From Felis catus (lineage: Eukaryota): a stretch of DNA of 64,000 nucleotides. Position numbers and translations under genes: made by a program. This document shows positions 60,653 through 64,000 of this stretch, one piece after another. The notes beneath the pieces are model-generated. The model was not told the origin of the DNA. It ran no database searches and worked only from the letters and a program-made list of their open reading frames with translations. Every line of letters begins with the position of its first letter. Position 1 is the stretch's first letter. Location of the stretch: assembly GCF_018350175.1 (NCBI RefSeq), contig NC_058368.1:37760001-37824000 (forward strand). The letters are read 5' to 3'.

Positions 60653-62869
60653 TCATAGTCGTTCTTGATGATTTTCTTCTTAAGTCTATAATAAAACTGA
60701 TTAGAAACAATTTCCAGGTATTAGCACTAAAGGAAAAGACAAGGACAGGGTCATTGAGATGAAAATAAACCCTATTTCGGGTGCTCCATTTTTAAGATAT
60801 GACAACTTGTATAAAATGAAATCCTACATTTTTACTGAAAATTGCTTCCTTTCATACTTTTTTATGAAAATCATCTCACTCTTGGTTTCTAAATCTCAAA
60901 TGATTTTGAGAGTTATCTGTTTTATATTACATATAAAATTATTGCCTTAATTATGTCAGCTATTTGTAAATTTTATAAAAATTTGGCGCTCTCTCCATTG
61001 TTTTTGACATGACTCTAATTCAGTTTTTACCATCTTTCGTATAGAACTTGAGTAATATCTAACTGATCTTCTCTACATCCTTTCTCCTTTCTTTCCTTTT
61101 TTCCTTCATTAAGAAGACCTCAATAAAGTAGTTAAATGCAGTGGAAGATAAATCCTCTATGGTAAGATAATCTGAAAAAGGGGAAATTAATATGTTTGAC
61201 ACTAAGTTTCTCCCAATTATGGCCAGGCTAAATCTTGGCTTACACTTTCTTATGACGTGGAGAAGGTAAAACATGAAGCTCTGTACCAAAGTTTGGAGGA
61301 ATGTATCCAGAAGAACCTCAGTCATTTATGAAATGGCTACTCCTAGCTTCTGTCAGAAATCCATCAAATTTCTGTCATCCAGGCATATGAAAGGGTTGTA
61401 ACTTCACAGGCTCATGCCACAATCCCTTTAGAGAGCTCATCAATATGAATTTCCTGTAATCACTAATTTCTGATTATTTCATTCTCTATTAGATGGAATC
61501 AAAAACAGCAAAGTGTTCAATTAAGAAGCAAAGTAACGTGACCCCAGAAATTCCAAGTTCAGAATATTATACTCTCTGGTGTTTTAACAAGGCCATGATG
61601 AGATTTAGCCCAACTGTCAAAGTGAGTGCCGTGACAAATAACTTCTAGAAACTGAGGAGGAAGTGCCATGTGAGTAATCCAGGCAGCCTCAAGCTTCAAA
61701 TCAGTAGCAGTGATTCATCTCTTAGAAGATAAAACAAAATGCAACTTTGACTTTGAACATTAATTCTTTTCTTCTTTTTCCTTTTTTTAAAATTTTTATC
61801 ATTGTATTGCTATTTTCTGATGTTGGTTTACACTGCTTGTAATTCTGGAGCATGGACAAAATCCAAGGAATGGAACTCAAAACCCATCACAAGTGCCTAT
61901 TTTGGCCATCTTGATATGCTCCAAATGACCAGTTTGGCAGTCAACGAGAGTAATGGCAGCAGCTGCTGTGCTACATTTTGGAAGAATTTTTATTTGAATT
62001 GACTATGCATTTAGAAATCCCGTCCCATAGTAATTTTTGCTATTTATTTCTCATGACATGTTTTGTTTTGTTTTGTCTTTTTTTTTTCCTGAGGAGGGGG
62101 AGTCACATTATATATAGTCATGACCTTAAAATATAATATACTGGCCTGGTAGTTAGAAATGAGAGTATTTGTGAAGACAGTATTAAAGTTATAAAGGTAA
62201 AAAAGGAATTCAGCTTTTTTGAAGTCAGAGTTTCTCTTTAATTACTACCTTATTATAGTTCACTTATTAATTTTTATTTATCTATTCTTAAAAAAAGCAC
62301 ATTGATTTGGGGACATGGCTGCCTGAAAAGTGGCATCTGTCTCTAATTATCTTGTGGAAGACATAACAAGAAATGGGTTTTAGGAGGAAAAACACACATG
62401 AAGGTGTTTTGAGGTCTTCTAAGTTACTTAAAAGAAGAGAACAGGCAATGTTTAATTTGATCCAAAAATACCATGACAACTTCTCACTCCTTGTGACCCA
62501 GTTTAGCAACTTAGGTGTTATTGACATTTTCACATCATGGCTCATGATCTGTATAATATAAATAAAGTTGTAACAGGAAAAACAAAAAAATAACCTTATA
62601 TAGCCTGATTTTTGCCTGACTCATTCATTTCATAGCATAGTATTAAAAATGATCTTTGAAATAACATGCAAGAGTGAATCATGTTTCTGTATAAAAGTAC
62701 TGTTATGATTAATGAATTTAAAGGAATATCTGGAAATTGGACAAGTGGAAGGAATAAATTCATGCTGTGTTATTACATCCTAATGCATTCATAGATGCTA
62801 AAAAAATGGGTGTAGATGTCATCTAATCATATTCAAGACAAATAGTTCATTTGAAAATGAATATCCATA

Positions 62870-63736
62870 TTTAAAGATGATATTCTTAGGGAAATTTTAG
62901 GTTTATAGGAAAATTGAGAAGGACAGAGTTCCCATGTACCCCTTGCCCCCAGATACGTATAGCTTCCCCATAATCAACATCTTCCACCAGAGTGGTTTAT
63001 TTGTTACGATTGATGAATCTACATTGACACATCATAAGTACTCAAAGTTCGTAATTTACATTATGGTCATTCTTGATGTACATTTTGAGCGTTCGGACAA
63101 ATGTGTAATGACGTGTATCTATCAATATAGTATCATATGGATTGGTTTCACTGCCCTGTAAGTTCTCTATACTCTGTCTTTTCATTTTTACTACAGTCCC
63201 CAACTCCTGGTGAGCACTGATCTTTCTACTTACTCTGTAGTTTTGTCTTTTCCAGATGCCATTAAGGAATCATCCAGTATATGGTCTTTTTAGATAGCTT
63301 CTTTTATTTAGTAATAATGCATTTAAGTTTCCTTTTTGTCTTTTTATTCATGTTATTAATCCATCTACTTACTGAAGGACATTTTTGTTTGCTTCCAAGT
63401 TCTGGCATTTACAAATAAACCACCTATTAACATCCACTTGCAGGTTTTTACGTGGACATAAGGTATTTGCGCCTTTAGGCAAATGTCAGTGAATGTGATT
63501 GGTGGATTATATGGTAAGGATATTTTTTGTTATATAAGAAGTGGCCAAACTGTCTTTCAAAACTGTCTGTACCATTTCGCATTTCCACGAGCAGTGAATG
63601 AGAGTTCTTGCTTGATTTGATAGCCTCAGCAGCACTCAGTGTTGTCAGTGTTCCAGATCTGGGCCATTCTAATAGTTGTGCAGTGGTATCTTGTTGTTTT
63701 GATTTGCGTTTCTCAGATGACATATGATGCGGAGCA
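62870..63736 (-). mobile_element. Old L1 3' end (L1MC1-like)
   Basis: CAGAGTTCCCATGTACC, ACATTGACACATCAT and GGACAAATGTGTAATGAC 3'UTR motifs, then ORF2 C-terminal homology. Confidence 0.8.
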
Positions 63737-63738
63737 TA

Positions 63739-64000
63739 CAAGTGCACTTATTGTGTTCCGTCTATTACATCTTGCAGGTATAGCAGTTTTTACAGATTGA
63801 AGTTCTGTAGCAGCCCTGCTTCATGCAAGTTTGTTGATAACCATTTTTCCAGTCGCACTTGCTTCCTCTCTGTGTCTGTGTCACATTTTGGTAATTCTTA
63901 CAGTATTTCAAACTTTTTCATTATTATTATATTATGGTGATTTGTGATCAGTGTTCTTTGGTGTCACTAATGTGACTGTTTTGGGGAGCCATTGAAACAT
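63739..64000 (+). mobile_element. Tigger1 (TcMar) 5' end, runs off the window
   Basis: Follows a TA at 63737-63738; TTTTTACAGATTGAAG, GTGTCACATTTTGGTAATTCT and ATTTCAAACTTTTTCATTATTATTATAT match the recalled Tigger1 consensus. Confidence 0.88.

Noticed and set aside
61802..62002. 66-aa ORF in unique sequence
   Set aside because: TTG start, no convincing splice signals, no recognisable homology

Overview
Mammalian, not microbial, DNA. It is AT-rich and repeat-dense and almost certainly felid, because many carnivore tRNA-derived SINEs carry the cat-type SINEC_Fc head (GGGGCGCCTGGGTGGCGCAGTCGGTTAAGCGTCCGACTTCAGCCAGGTC). Main contents: two closely related, disabled LINE-1 copies in inverted orientation (1-4490 +, entering mid-ORF1; 35580-42144 -, full length with TSD); several truncated or older L1s; about 27 CAN-SINEs, many with readable TSDs; a MER4-group ERV1 remnant with LTR and tRNA-Leu PBS; MaLR solo LTRs with 5-bp TSDs; L2/MIR, MER20, Tigger1 and microsatellites. 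No intact protein-coding gene can be called. The longer ORFs are L1 fragments, antisense L1, or SINE/microsatellite artefacts, and the short ORFs in unique DNA resemble nothing I recognise. I see no support for a novel multi-gene system. The best leads are plus-strand exon-like segments in unique DNA (14090-14147 joins in frame to 25236, giving ...FLRFDTSSHDSEL*, followed by a hairpin and AATAAA), an old local inverted duplication, a tail-only SINE insertion, a SINE with a 114-bp internal duplication, and fold-back templated insertions. Repeat family names come from recalled consensus motifs, not from a database search, and boundaries of old repeats are approximate.
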